In this document: piece by piece, positions 42,800 through 55,699 of the stretch | How positions within the stretch are numbered: the first letter of the stretch is position 1 | Layout: every line of letters starts with the position of its first letter | NCBI GenBank assembly: GCA_964016885.1 | Contig: OZ024740.1 | Coordinates: 423,956,001 to 424,020,000 of the forward strand | From: Eledone cirrhosa | Taxonomy: Eukaryota | DNA length: 64,000 nt | Direction: 5' to 3' | Notes under the pieces: model-generated | Database searches by the model: none | Told to the model about the DNA's origin: nothing | What the model saw: the letters and a program-made list of their open reading frames with translations, nothing else | Position numbers and translations under genes: made by a program

Positions 42800-43400
42800 A
42801 AAGTCACAAGTTACTGGGTTGATATCTATTTTACCAACTCTAGAGTAATGAAGGCGAAGTTGACCGAGTGTAAAGAGGTGTAACTAAATAATAATTGTTT
42901 CTAATTTTGGCAACGTTTATTTGGGGTGGGGTAAATTGACCTTAGTACTTATTTGACCCCCTGAAAGAATGGAAGGGAGTGTTGACCTCAGCAGGATTTG
43001 AACTCAGAATGTAAAGAGACATAACTAAATAATAATAATAATAATAATAATGATGTCTACTATAGGCACAAGGCCAGCAATTTGGGGGGAGGGAAAAGTT
43101 GATTAAATCAACCATTAGTGCATTACTGGTACTTTATTTTATCGACCCCGTAAGGATGAAAGGTAAAGCTAACCTTGGTGAGATTTGAACTCAGAACGTA
43201 AAGAGACACAACTGAATAATAATAATAATAATAATAGTGATAATAGTGATCATAATTTCTTTTATAGACTACATGTGACAGTGAATTGGTAGAGTTGTTA
43301 GAAAGGCAGATAGAATGCTTTGTGGTATTCATTATGATTCTCTGCTCTCTTTCATCCATTTAAGGTCGATAAAAAATTACCAGTTTAATACTGGGGTAGA
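42800..43400. mobile_element. Cluster of SINE family A copies/fragments (minus 42800-43215, plus about 43290-43400)
   Basis: Family A blocks and (TAA)n tails. Confidence 0.7.
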
Positions 43401-45168
43401 TTCTTCCTCAATATCTATCTCTCACTTCCTTTCTCCCACTCTTTATTTTTCCCTGGAAGAAATCTGCTGTATTTCAACCTGATACAGTGCCTCTACAACT
43501 CCTTCAGGAGTTACGAGTCCATACATACATAGATGACAAAAGCCAAGGATGCGAGAGACAGCACAAGGATGAAATAGAAGAGTAAACCAGATTAACATGG
43601 AGTAAAGTGTAGCATTAAGAAAACAGTAAAGACATTAATAAATATATATTGCTATCTTATACTGGCACATACTAAAAAACTGTAAGGAAGAAGCTTAGTC
43701 AATTGAATTGACCTCTGACCCTCATACATGCCTTATTGGGGCTGACTCTAGATGGATGAAAGATAAGTAGATAACCTCTTTTGTGATAATGAAGAACTAA
43801 GTTTGTTAACAGAAAAAAAAAGTCTGTATGGTGTTTATTCAGTTATGCTTCAATTAACAGGAAAGATATGTAGCAACAAGCCATTACCAAATGGTTTAGA
43901 TTCATATTATAAACACATGGGAATGGAGGTGGGGTTTAGAACGGTAAAAATTAAACACTTGAACGGTTTTGATGTAAGAAAATAATTTTAATATGAAATG
44001 GTAAATGAGAAGAAATTTATAAACCCCCCCCCCCCCAAAAAAAAAAAAACAAAGGAAGAACAAGAACACCCCCCCCGGCAAAAAATATAATAGTGAAAGA
44101 TGAAAAGAAAAAAATATAGAAGTAATCTATTTAGAAAAGGCAATTACATTGGTGAGATTGAAGGTGTAATTTATATGACATGATATATAATAGCAATTTT
44201 AATATGGGGATTGTGTGGGGGACATACAGTTGCAGTGTGTAGAATGAGATGAAAGGGGCTGTTTATTATAGCAGATGTGTAACATGAAGCTAAGTTAGAT
44301 GTCACAGTGATCAGGTGGTTGTATATTCTGGAGAGGATATAGAATGGAGGAGTAAGATTGTCTACAACTGTTAGAGGATGATTGGTAGGGAAGAGGGAAA
44401 GACATCATCATCATCATCATCATTTAATGTCTGCTTTCTATCCTGGCATGGGTTAGATTGTAGGCTGATTGGAGAAACACAGCTTGGCTCTTACATTTCA
44501 TATTTGGCATGGTTTCTAGGGCTGGATACCCTTTCTAACATCAACCACCTTTCAGAGTGTACTGGGTGCATTTTCTTGTGGCAGCAGTACTACTTCCTTA
44601 CAGAGTGTAAAGGGTGCATTTTATTGTGACACCAACACTACCACTTTACAGAGTGTACTAGGTATATATCATGGCATCGCTAGAGGGTTCCCTGCACCCT
44701 ATGTTGTCTTGGTATGTACCTGCACCATTGTAATACTAATACTAGAGAGTTAAAAGGATGTCTCCCCAACCCATTTAGCCTCTGGTCCCTTGTCATATTT
44801 ACCCTGAGCATTTCAATGTTTCTACTGACTGAAAGGCAAAATGGACCTGAGCAGGGTTTGAACACAGAACCAAACAGGCTGTAACTAGTGTCTGATGCTC
44901 AAATGTAAAGGGACATAACTATATGCTGCAAAGAATAGGGGCTCTACTGATTCTGCCAATTCACCGCCATTACTATTAATATTAATACTGACACTGCAGA
45001 TAAATTATTAATAAGAGTTAAAATTAATGCATGCAAGATTCCACAGTTCTAACATCACTCCTTCAATGTCAGACTATGAACTTTTGAGCCCACCCTCATA
45101 TATACATATGGACTAAACAAGCACTCTATATATACTATTGTATTTTCGGGGTTAGGCTTTATCCTACA

Positions 45169-46446
45169 CTAGCATTAAAGCCCGGCGTTGCTCGGGGTCA
45201 TTAAGTTACCAAAGTTAGGTTGCACCACCCATTTTATGGCAGCACTTTTTTGTCTGCCAGGCACTGGGTGAATGAATTGCAGACCTGGAAGCAGGAGCTG
45301 CGCCAGCAGCGACAATTGTAGTTTCGCCTATGGATATTATCTCTGTGCAAAAAAGTGTTGAAATTTGTTTCACAGTACTTGCGCAACACGCGCGCGTAGA
45401 CGATGCCAGCCGAACAACAGAGCTGCGATGGAGTGCAAAAAGTGTTGAAATTTATTGTTCACAGTACTTGCGCAACGCGCGCGTAGACGATGCCAGCCGA
45501 ACAACAGAGCTGCGATGGAGTTGTTCTGCATGGTTGTCTGTGTGTTTTCTAAATTTAAGACAGTAGGGAGGGTTGTGATATGAGGGAGAGTTAGCTGTTG
45601 TTTCTAGCAGGTTTAGTGACCTCATAGAGGATATGTGTTTTCTAAATTTAAGACGGTAGGGAGTGGTGTGATATGGAGGAGAGTTAGCTGCTGTTTCTAA
45701 CAGGTTTAGTGACCTCATAGAAGATATGTGTTTTCTAAATTTAAGACAGTAGGGAAGGGTGTGATATGGGGGAGAGTTAGCTGCTGTTTTTAGCAGGTTT
45801 AGTGACCTCATAGAAGATATGTTTTCTAAATTTAAGACAGTAGGGAGGGGTGTGATATGGGGGAGAGTTAGCTGCTGTTTCTAGCAGGTTTAGTGACCTC
45901 ATAGAGGATATTATTGTTTATCATTATCTATAAAAGGCAGATTGTTGTTGTTGTTGAAGTGAGTGTGTGTTTGTATGCGTTTGGAAAAGAGGTTTTAAAA
46001 AAAATTTATCGCTTGTTGTTGAATAAATATATCTGTTGCTTTTGAATAATTGTCGTTTCATATGAAATGTAATAATTTGAAGTATAAAAGAGAAAGTAGC
46101 AAAATGTGTGGGTTGTAGATAGAGGTAGGCAGATGATATGACAGAGTAATACGGACAGTATCACCATCAAGCTTGGAAAGAGAAAGTAGCAGAAAGTATG
46201 AAGTTGTATAGATTTTGAATGGTAGTGGAAAGAGTTTAGCAGTTTAAATGACAGAGAAAAATCGTAAAATATTGAGTTTTATCTATTTTTTGCGTAATTG
46301 TGGGTGAAATTGAAAAAATTATCTGTGCCAAGACGCAATCGAAACTGTTTCGAATACTGAATTGTAAATTTCAATTGAAGAAATTCTATATCGTAGATTT
46401 CTATAAGAAAGGAGCATGACCACACACTGAGCTTTATAGATTATGA
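45169..46446 (-). mobile_element. Non-autonomous Helitron (about 1.28 kb) with internal tandem repeats
   Basis: Minus strand reads A^TCATAATCTATAAAGCTCAGTGTGTG ... CCCGAGCAACGCCGGG hairpin, 9 nt, CTAG^T. This gives 5' TC, 3' hairpin + CTAG, an A/T insertion site and no TSD. Confidence 0.8.
45343..45912. repeat. Internal tandem repeats: about 90 bp x2 (GC-rich) and about 93 bp x4
   Basis: CGCGCGTAGACGATGCCAGCCGAAC twice; TGTTTTCTAAATTTAAGAC...GGTTTAGTGACCTCATAG four times. Confidence 0.9.
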
Positions 46447-46724
46447 TAATTATTTCACATAATATCGAATCTATGAGATTTTGATATTATTTATTTTGAG
46501 AACAATACCTTTATGTTGGTATGAGGGGCCGGTTACAGCCAGTTTGGACAGAAAGAGGTGAGAGAATTCTGGCCAGATATGGCCGGTTTAAATGCTAAAG
46601 GGTTAATATAAAATAGCCCATAAAGATATAAAACACAGGATGTAGTAGCCATGTTTGAACTCATAGTTTTATGATCTGTATTTCAGGATCTTGGAAAAAC
46701 TACTGGGATTCTAGTATAAGTAAT

Positions 46725-46980
46725 ACAAAATGTAATAGAACTTGTTTGAATGGTGGTATATAGTAGCAAATGGTAACAGGGTAAAATGTAATAGAATTTG
46801 GTTGAGTGGTTGGTATATAGTAGCAAATGGTAACAGGGTAAAATGTAATGATATTTGTTTCAATGGTGATATATAATAGCAAAATGTAATAGGGTAAAAT
46901 CTAATACTATTTGTTTCAATGGTGGTTTACAGTAGCAGAAGGTAACAGGGTAAAATGTAATAGAATTTGGTTGAGTAGTC
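46725..46980. repeat. Degenerate about 57-bp minisatellite
   Basis: Repeated GTAACAGGGTAAAATGTAATAGAA / TAGTAGCAAA. Confidence 0.75.
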
Positions 46981-47651
46981 GTTTATGATGGAATAAAGTA
47001 ACAGTCTAAAATCTTATAGAATTTAGTTATATGGTAGCATAACGTAGAAATACAAACTTTGGTTGAATAATGGCATAAAGTGAGAAACGGTAGAACTATC
47101 CAAAGTAATTAGGGCCATAATGATAGGAAAATATCTAAATGGAATATAAGAAGTGACTTTCATGGAAGAGATAATGAAATATAATTTATATCAATTCAAT
47201 CATAGATCTGGTGTGCAGTTATACCTATTTCTATAGATTATCTCATCTTAGATATATATCCAATATCTGGATATACAATTGATGCAGACTACAAACCAAA
47301 TTCAACAGAGTGAAATATCCACCACCACCACCCAGTCTACCCAACATTAGCAGCAGTTAGCTAAGCACAATCAAATATCATGTAATTTTAAACTTGCATC
47401 AATTTGACAAATACTTTCATTAAAAGTTTTATATTTCTGAGGTTAGGAAACTTATAAATAATGGCTTGGAAACTAATGAAAAGAAACCAGAACAAACAAA
47501 ATTGCAAAACTATCATACACACACACACAAGTACATATATATATATATATATACAATATATGTATATGAATACATATGTACATACATACATACATAGATA
47601 TATATATACACACACATATATATATATAATGTATATATATATATATAAAGG

Positions 47652-47684
<33 letters not shown>

Positions 47685-48179
47685 AATATATATATATATA
47701 ATGTATATATAAAATATTTGTCTTTAACCATATTTGATGCAGTTGGTTAAATTGATAGCATTAACAGTTTGCTACTGGGTATCTTCAGTTGGAGAATAAC
47801 AAAGCAGATTCTACAAGGATTCTATATGAATATGTGTATGAGGTAAGACACACAGACAGATATGCAACACAGGTATTAAGATTTAATATTCTACATCTTT
47901 TATTTTTAGTTGAAAACTCAGTCACATCTGAAGACTGCTCTCATGTATGCTGTAGCATAGCATTAAGTAATCTCTTCCTTCTTTAATAAAGTAATCTATG
48001 TAGTGTGTGTATGAGTATATATGTGTACATGTGTGTACATATTTTTCTGTGGTTGATCAATGATGTAAACACCTTCTAATAGAACCACAGGGTGGAAAAT
48101 TGATCAGGATGTCCATCAATTTTTCAAGCTTTGGGGCAAATTATACATCTTACTAAGGAGTCTATATGCTCAGTATATA

Positions 48180-48430
48180 TATCACCTTCATCGACCAGTC
48201 TGTCGGGCGTCCATTCGGCGCCGCTGGTCACAGCACGCCATCCATTCCTCTCTGGATCGTGCTTTCCTCATCCATGTAGTCCCAATCGTATTCCTAAAAT
48301 CGTAACTCCACCTTCGTGGAGGCCTTCCGAGTGGTCATTTCCACTCGGCAACTGCGCAGGTCCACCAATTATCGGTGAACCGGGTGACGTGTCCAGCCCA
48401 TCTGAACTTGCTGCGCATATATTCCGTAGA
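48180..48430 (-). mobile_element. 3' fragment of a different LINE (RTE-like C-terminus)
   Basis: GC-rich island; the minus strand reads ...RWAGHV.R...RPLGRPPRRW, typical of an RTE ORF end. Confidence 0.6.
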
Positions 48431-48609
48431 TATATATGGTAGATTCTATAAGCTGAGATGAGGTATATTCTATATCCAGATTAGTGAGAGGTATTTCAGT
48501 TAGTATTCTTCTGGTCATCTTAGTTTTATCACAGATCATATATTACGAAAGTAGATCACCGAGGTTGTAAAGAATATCTTTAGAGAATGAAAAGTGTCGA
48601 TCAAATAAA

Positions 48610-48780
48610 TAATTGTTTCTACTTTAGGCACAAGGCCAGCAATTACCCAGTTCATTACTGGTACTTTATTTTATCGACCCCTTAAGGATGAAAGCCAAAG
48701 TCAACCTCGGCGGGATTTGAACTCAGGGACGTAACTATGCTGGAAAGCATGGCGTCCGACCCTCTACCGATACTGCCGAT
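48610..48780 (-). mobile_element. SINE family A
   Basis: Family A block plus tRNA-like head (GGCAGTATCGGTAGAG...GAGTTCAAATCC on the minus strand). Confidence 0.85.
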
Positions 48781-48832
48781 CAAATAAATAATGTATTAAT
48801 TGTAGAACCTTGATCATCTATTTTCTTCGTTA

Positions 48833-49385
48833 GTATCATCATCATCATCGTTTTACGTCCGTTCTTCCACGCTAGCATGGGTTAGACGGGTTGCTCTGTT
48901 GTGGACAGTGTCTGGTCGGCTTACAATGCCTTGCTCATACAGGAACTGATACTGGCTTGATTTCTACAGCTCGATGCCCTTCCTAACACCAACCTCATTT
49001 ACAGTGAGTGCTGGGTGCTTTTTTCCGTGGCGCCTACACGTCCACTTTGTAGTGGGAGGGTGTGGCGACATATTGTCTATATGCTTCAGCTTCGGCTTGT
49101 ACCCATGGGAGGTCGAGTACTCTGTATTACTGCGCGACGCCAGAGGTCGCGGTCGTTGAGGTGTAATTGGGTAAGGTCGGCTTTTATGACCTCATCCCAG
49201 TCTTCTTGAGTCTCCCCACTCCGCGGTTTCCATTGACTTCTAGTGCTCTGCACCTTTTTATGCAGCTGTAATCCTTCATATGCATCACATGTCCATACCA
49301 ACACAACCACCTCTCCTGCACACAGCATTTGATTCCTCTTATGCTCAGTCTCTCTCTCAATTCATTTATGCTTTGCCGTTCGCGT
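48833..49385 (-). mobile_element. 5'-truncated RTE, sister subfamily
   Basis: (CAT)n tail, AACCCATGCTAG..GGACGTAAAACG motif, peptide WDEVIKADLTQLHLNDRDLWR; TA tract at the 5' side. Confidence 0.85.
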
Positions 49386-49387
49386 TA

Positions 49388-49444
<57 letters not shown>

Positions 49445-49489
49445 TATATATGTATATAGACACATGCACACACATATATATATATATAG

Positions 49490-49810
49490 AATAGAAGTGA
49501 TCGGAATGGGGTTCTTCTTGATAGAGTACATAGCTCGAGACCAGAGAATCACTCCAGCTAGAGCCGATACTTCTGAATTGAGAGATAACAGCTTTGATAC
49601 TATGGACATGTGGTTAGAATATCCCAGGAAAGATTCGCTGGACAGATTTTACGGACAAAAGCAATTGGCAGGAGACCCAGGGGTAGACCCCAAGCAAGAT
49701 GGTTGGATAACATACATGAGCTCAACTGGTTTCGCTTGTGACAGGACCTACTAGAAAAAGTACTTGAGGACTCTGTCCCCTATGACTCTCTCAGGAATAA
49801 ATGGGCAAAG
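49490..49810 (+). mobile_element. LINE 3' remnant (GHVVRI...RRPRGRP.ARW); related pieces at 51625-51850 (+) and 51880-51980 (-)
   Basis: Shared sequence GGTTAGAATATC..GGAAAGA..GCTGGACAGA, CAAGCAAGATGG. Confidence 0.65.
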
Positions 49811-49981
49811 AAGATATTCACATAGTCCTGGTTAACCTTATATAGATATATATTTATAATATATTTAAGTTACTCAGTGCATAAATCAATATTACATGTG
49901 TGTGTGTGTGTGAATGTGCATGGCTTAGTGGTTAAGGTGTTTAGCTCACGATTATATATATGCATATATATATATATAATT

Positions 49982-50155
49982 TAGAAATGGCTTCTACAGG
50001 ACTAGAACTGTTTCATTCAAAGGAAATCATCAGGAAAACCGTTCGAATGAAACAGTTCTAGTCTTGTAGAAGCCATTTCTATATTAAATATTTATACTCT
50101 GTTATGTATTGAGTACCTTACTTATGGTGGTTACTCCTGATTGAACTCGGGATAC
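49982..50155. mobile_element. Short inverted-repeat element with hammerhead core (putative Penelope pLTR remnant)
   Basis: 37-bp arms 49982-50018 / 50045-50081; minus strand CTGATGA-TTTC-CTTT-GAAT-GAAAC; homologous to 59917-60095. Confidence 0.6.
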
Positions 50156-50170
50156 ACATACATATTATAC

Positions 50171-50204
<34 letters not shown>

Positions 50205-50206
<2 letters not shown>

Positions 50207-50750
50207 CATCATCATCAACGTTTAACGTCCGTGTTCCATGCTTGCATGGGTTTGGATGGGGGTTTTCCCACTTGAGGCAAGAGTGATTGTCTTGCTCGCA
50301 TAGGACTGTCTGGCAGGTTTTCTACAGTTGGATGCCCTTCCTAACACCAACCACATTTACAGTGTGGGTCTGGGAGGTTTTTACCGTGTTGCCTACACGG
50401 CCACATTACAGCGTGGACTGTGTTTTTTTGTCGTGACACCTACACGATCTCATTTGTTTCGGCCTGGATGGTGTGGCACCAACATAACTTTACATAGAAG
50501 GGGGTGGTGTGGATGGGGGTGGGGGTGGTGGGATAGGGGTGTATTTTGTTAGAGATGCCTACTGACTGTAGTAGGTTTTACTATGTATTTAGGTAAGGCG
50601 GGTCTTCTCTATTACTGAGTACCGCCAAAGGTCTCGGTCTAGTGACATTGTCTTGGAGAGGTGTAAGTGTGTGAGGTCGGAGTTTATCAGCTCGTCCCAG
50701 GTTTTTCTAGGTCTACCTATTCCGTGGCTACCGTCTATCTTTATTGCCCT
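50205..50750 (-). mobile_element. 5'-truncated RTE copy (same family as 10651-14592), TA on both sides
   Basis: Reverse complement of about 14070-14590 with a about 30-bp insertion near 50565-50595. Confidence 0.92.
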
Positions 50751-50765
50751 AATATATATATATAT

Positions 50766-50789
<24 letters not shown>

Positions 50790-50799
<10 letters not shown>

Positions 50800-50910
50800 T
50801 ATCCCGCCGAGGTTAACTTCGCCTTTCATCCTTATGGGGTCGATAAAATAAAGTAGCAGTAATGCACTGGGATAATTGCTGGCCTGGTGCCAAAAGTAGA
50901 AACAATTATA
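50790..50910 (+). mobile_element. SINE family A 3' part
   Basis: GCCTTTCATCCTTATGGGGTCGATAAAATAAAGTA...GCCAAAAGTAGAAACAATTAT. Confidence 0.8.
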
Positions 50911-51984
50911 TATATATATATATATATTATATCATCATCACTTGTCCTTCATTAGAAGAAAGAATGAGAAATAAGATAGATTGAAGGGACGGAAGGGGTG
51001 GAATTGGAATATACATATATATACATACACACACATATATGTATAATATACACTAATTAAGATGATGATACATTCCCACAAATTAAGCAAGACAATTATT
51101 TCCCTTTGCTACCTAAGAATAATTCTTGCAATAGAGATAAGTATTAAGTTGTCATTAAGAGAAATTTAGATGTCTCCCAAGACAAGACAGAGTAAGTAAG
51201 TCAGCTATGACAACAATTGATTTGATTGTCGAAAGCCACAAAATGGCAGTCACAATTCATAATAGTATATTTAATTTAATGATTTAAGACAAATGAAATC
51301 TTAAATCTGTACTGCTTCTATAAGATTAGTGGGTTGAAAGCTGTATGATACATGACTAGATAAACAGAAGAATACTTCTTAAGTCTGGGCTGAGTTCAAC
51401 AATAGGTTAGGCATACACTTAAACTCTTTTCTAAATCTGCATGTAAGCAGCTTACTGTTAAAGTAACCAACCTGCTAGCTAGCCAATAAGTAGGATAACT
51501 AACGACAATTGTCTGAGCTGACACTAAAGGCAATAGTAAAGTTTTGAGACAATTGATTTTTAATTAGCTGAATAAATACCATTTATTGATTGAAAATCTA
51601 ATCAAAATATTCTCAAATGAGTTAATGTGGTTAGAATATCTTAGGAAAGAATTGCTGGACAGAGTTTACAGGAAAAACCAGCCAGCAGGGGTGACCCTGA
51701 GCAAGATGGCTGGATAACATCTATGAAATTGGTTGGTCTCGCTTGGGGATCCAGCTGGATCAATTGGAGAGAGTTGCTTCTAACAGGACCTGCTGGAAAT
51801 AATGTTTGAGGACTCTGCCCCCAAGACCCTCTTACGAATATGACGGGGGAGAAGAACAAAAAATTCAACATTAACTCCTCTTCTTCATCTATTTATTTCT
51901 GAGAGGGTCATGGGGGCAGAGCCTCAAATACTCCTTCCAGCGGGTCCTGTCCAAAGCAACCGTCTCCAACTTATCCATCCTCTG

Positions 51985-52307
51985 CATTAGCTCTCCTTAA
52001 CCAACCATATCACAGCATTAGCTCTCTTTAACCAACCATATCACAGTATTAGCTCTCCTTAACCATATCACAGCATTAGCTCTCTTTAACCAACCATATC
52101 ACAGTATTAGCTCTCCTTAACCATATCACAGCATTAGCTCTCTTTAACCAACCATATCACAGTATTAGCTCTCCTTAACCATATCACAGCATTAGCTCTC
52201 TTTAACCAACCATATCACAGTATTAGCTCTCTTTAACCAACCATATCACAACATTAGCTCTCCTTAACCAACCATATCACAGTATTAGGTCTCCTTAACC
52301 AACCATA
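51985..52307. repeat. 27/31-bp minisatellite (CACAG(C/T)ATTAGCTCTC(C/T)TTAACC(AACC)ATAT), about 11 copies
   Basis: Direct reading; two variants alternate. Confidence 0.93.
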
Positions 52308-52705
52308 TTTTCATCAACTCGCCTATATATATACCATAGTGATACCAAGCTAAGGGAGATAACATTCTTAATAGAAAGATGCCACATATTTAAAATTAAA
52401 TATTGATTTCTGTCTTAAGTTTCTTTTATGTCGATATTTTAGCCTTTTCTGACCATATTTCTAAAAATAATAGACTGACTGCCTTTGTGAGTTTTAATTA
52501 TTAATTTTAAATTTCAAAGTAATCAGAAATCTGCAGGATTTAACAACCATTTTTTTTCTAGAATGTTTCTCTATTGATTTATTAAGCTGGTCTTTGACAA
52601 AACTTAAAAGACATTTTTTTTCATTAAAATCAAACCTGTATTTGACACAACTTAAAAGACATTTTAAAAAATTAAATAAAATCTCATAATATTCATTATC
52701 CAAGC

Positions 52706-52890
52706 AATAATTGTTTCTACTTTAGGCACAAGGCCAGCAATTACCCAGTGCATTACTGGTACTTTATTTTATCGACCCTGTAAGGATGAAAGGCAAAGTC
52801 AACCTCGGCAAGATTTGAACTCAGATCATAAAGGGACGTAACTATGCTGGAAAGCATGGCGTCCGACCCTCTACCGATACTGCCAATCCG
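52706..52890 (-). mobile_element. SINE family A, near complete
   Basis: Same as 48610-48780. Confidence 0.85.
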
Positions 52891-53410
52891 ATAATGATAT
52901 TTAAAACCCTGCAATATTAGCAGATAATAACTGGTTTAGAGTATGGGTTTAGAGCATTGTTGCAAGCTTGTAAAGGTGAATTCTTGACAGAAGGGACTTT
53001 ACTGCAGACAGGTTACTGAACTGGTCAGCAGTGAAGGGACTGCTGATTAAGTGGCTAACAAGACCTAGTCTTTAGGGATGGAAAGGACTTTATTACATAC
53101 CCGTTACTGAACTGCTCAGCAGTGAAGAGACTTCTGGTTAAGAGGCTAACAGAATCTGGACTTTAGGGGCAGATCGTCCCTACTTACACCGAGCAAATGT
53201 TTGTCTCACAAGAAACAACAGCGCAACAAAACACAGTTTGATGTTATTTCATGTACAGCTTAACTAAAGCTATATAGGATCTAGATGGAAAAGTAGAGTT
53301 TAGGGCAGGTTGTTTAGTGTTGAAGGAGTTAATAATATGTATGATAAATAACAGTCCACACACAGCTTCTAGAAACAAATACAAGTAATACATACATACA
53401 TATATATATA

Positions 53411-53690
53411 TGGAGGCACATGGCTTAGTGGTTAGAGCATTGGCCTTGCAATCGAAAGGTTGTGAGTTCAATTCTCAGACCGAGTGATGTGTTGTTTCCT
53501 TGAGCAAGACACTTTCACATTGCTCCAGTTTACTCAGCTGTAGAAATGAGATGATAGGGACTGGTGTCCCTATCATTCCACTGTAAATTGGTTGTGGAGG
53601 TGCCATGGCAACAAAGCACCCAGCACTCACTGTAATCAGTACCCGTCCCACCCTTGCAAGCAGGGAAAAGCGGACGTAAAATGAAATGAT
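53411..53690 (+). mobile_element. SINE family B head followed by an RTE-type 3' tail
   Basis: TGGCTTAGTGG / GAGTTCAATTC boxes, TTGAGCAAGACACTT; the tail matches 15880-16040. Confidence 0.7.
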
Positions 53691-53724
53691 ATATATAAGC
53701 CAAAAGGTTTATTTTTGTCATCAC

Positions 53725-53975
53725 CTGTTCATATTTTTCAAGTTCTGTGTGATATATCTGTCGAATTTGTGCAAGCTTGGCTCTGTAATCTGAATGTTCA
53801 ATCGCACTATCGGGTTGACCTGGACCACTGGACGCGGCTGCTGTTGCATTAGCTGCAGCCGATGATCCGCCTCCTTTCTCAGGCCCTGCAACACCTTCAG
53901 CAATCAACATGTTATCCAATCTCATTAACTGGGGGTCTGCAGGTTCTTCTTCTTGTGTACCACGGATACTTAAAA
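53725..53975 (-). CDS. PBX: PBX/extradenticle exon: end of PBC-A, Ala-rich linker, start of PBC-B ([37 protein letters not shown]...[26 protein letters not shown])
   Basis: Diagnostic PBC sequence; polypyrimidine tract + ccag acceptor, GTGATG donor; 251 nt, phase 1 in and phase 0 out. Confidence 0.97.
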
Positions 53976-54001
53976 CTGGAAGAAAGAGAAAAGAGATGAC
54001 T

Positions 54002-54253
54002 GTTAAAAGAAATTTCAAACCATCAATATAGTTTGTTAAAAGAAATTTCAAACCATCAATATAGTTTGTTAAAAGAAATTTCAAACCATCAATATAGTTT
54101 GTTAAAAGAAATTTCAAACCATCAATATAGTTTGTTAAAAGAATTTAAAAACCATTAATATAGTTTGTTAAAAGAATTTAAAAACCATTAATATACTTTG
54201 TTATAATTTTCAAAACACCAATATAGTTTTGTTATAATTTTCAAAACACCAAT
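54002..54253. repeat. 33-bp minisatellite (GTTAAAAGAAATTTCAAACCATCAATATAGTTT), decaying distally
   Basis: Four near-perfect plus about four degenerate copies. Confidence 0.93.
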
Positions 54254-54319
54254 ACCGCTATTAATTGAATTATCAGTCATTAGAGTATTCAATTGTTTGT
54301 ATGCTTTACATTATTTTTT

Positions 54320-54490
54320 GTGTCCCTTAGGTCTGTGGATTGGCAGTATTGGTAAAGTATCGGACAACATACTTTGTGTTCTGAGTTCAAATCCAGCTGA
54401 AGTTAACTTTTCCTTTCATCCTTATGGGGTCGATAAAATGAAGTACCAGTTATGTACTGGTGTCGATTTAATCGACTTTCCTCTCCACCA
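54320..54490 (+). mobile_element. SINE family A
   Basis: TGGCAGTATTGG, GAGTTCAAATCC, CCTTTCATCCTTATGGGGTCGATAAAAT. Confidence 0.8.
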
Positions 54491-54849
54491 AAAGGTAAAG
54501 GTAAGAGTTCCATATGGTGTACTCAATGTAAAATATAGATACACAAAAGGTGTAGTGTGGTCACAGCTGGCTACCTGAGAAGGTAGACAGGTGCACAGGG
54601 ATAGTTAGTAGTAAGAACACTGGTTCAGACAAGTAATGCATATGAATGAAGATTTGGGTGAAGAAGTGACAGGAGTTTCAAGTGGAAGAAGGAAACCATT
54701 GAAAAGATATGGACAAAGGTGATGAGAACTGATTGGAGGGTGCTGACCCTCATAAAGGAAAAGTCAGAAGAAAGAGAGACAAGTGGAAAGATGCCATATT
54801 GGAGGAGATTTATCTACTTCATGCTAGGATGGTATAACAGGCAAGACAT

Positions 54850-55140
54850 GGTCACCTGATCTGACTTGTCTCATAACAGAACAACTTGTCTAACCCATGC
54901 TAGTGTGGGAAAATGGATCTGGAATGATGGGAAAATAGGCAAGGCACAGTCACCTAATCTGACTTGTCTTAGAATAGGACAACTTGTCTAACCCATGCTC
55001 ATAGTGAAAAATGGACGTTAAATGGTAGAAATAACCAAAACACAAGACACCTGATCTGACTTGTCGCATAACAGGACAACTTGTCTAACCCATGCTAGTG
55101 TGAAAAAAATGGATGTTAAACTGTGATGATGATGATGATA
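54850..55140 (+). repeat. Three tandem copies of an RTE-type 3' tail, the last ending in (GAT)n
   Basis: CACCTGATCTGACTTGTC...ACAACTTGTCTAACCCATGCT...AAATGGA x3; a single copy at about 17980-18065. Confidence 0.8.
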
Positions 55141-55699
55141 CGTGTGTATACACAGAAGTAATGTGTATTTCTGAATAAAAAGGAGGGTGGGGCATCAAGA
55201 AGAACTTAGTGACATATTTTCTTGTTTTTTTCTTTACAAATAATCCATATTTTTATTAAAAGAATGATTGTTAGGCAGCTAATTAATAATAAACAGAGAA
55301 GATGATTGGAAAAATACGCACACATACATATTGGAAAAACATACACAAATATATATATTGGAAACACACACACATATATATTGGAAACACACAGACACAC
55401 ACACACACACACACACATAAAACAGACATATACATACTCCCTCCCCATATATATATACATATACACATACATAAATCAATGACAACACACACATATAAAA
55501 CACCACACACACGCACATCAATGACAAGGTAAAATAATAAAAAGATAAATAAATATATCTAAATTATTGATATTAACAATGACGATATTGTTTTTTGTGG
55601 AGTAGGTCATGTAATGTTGAGCAATTACTTGAATTATTGGTGAAATATTGATATCTTATCTAGCTTCTTTATATTTGATTAATCTGATTTTATTGAGAT

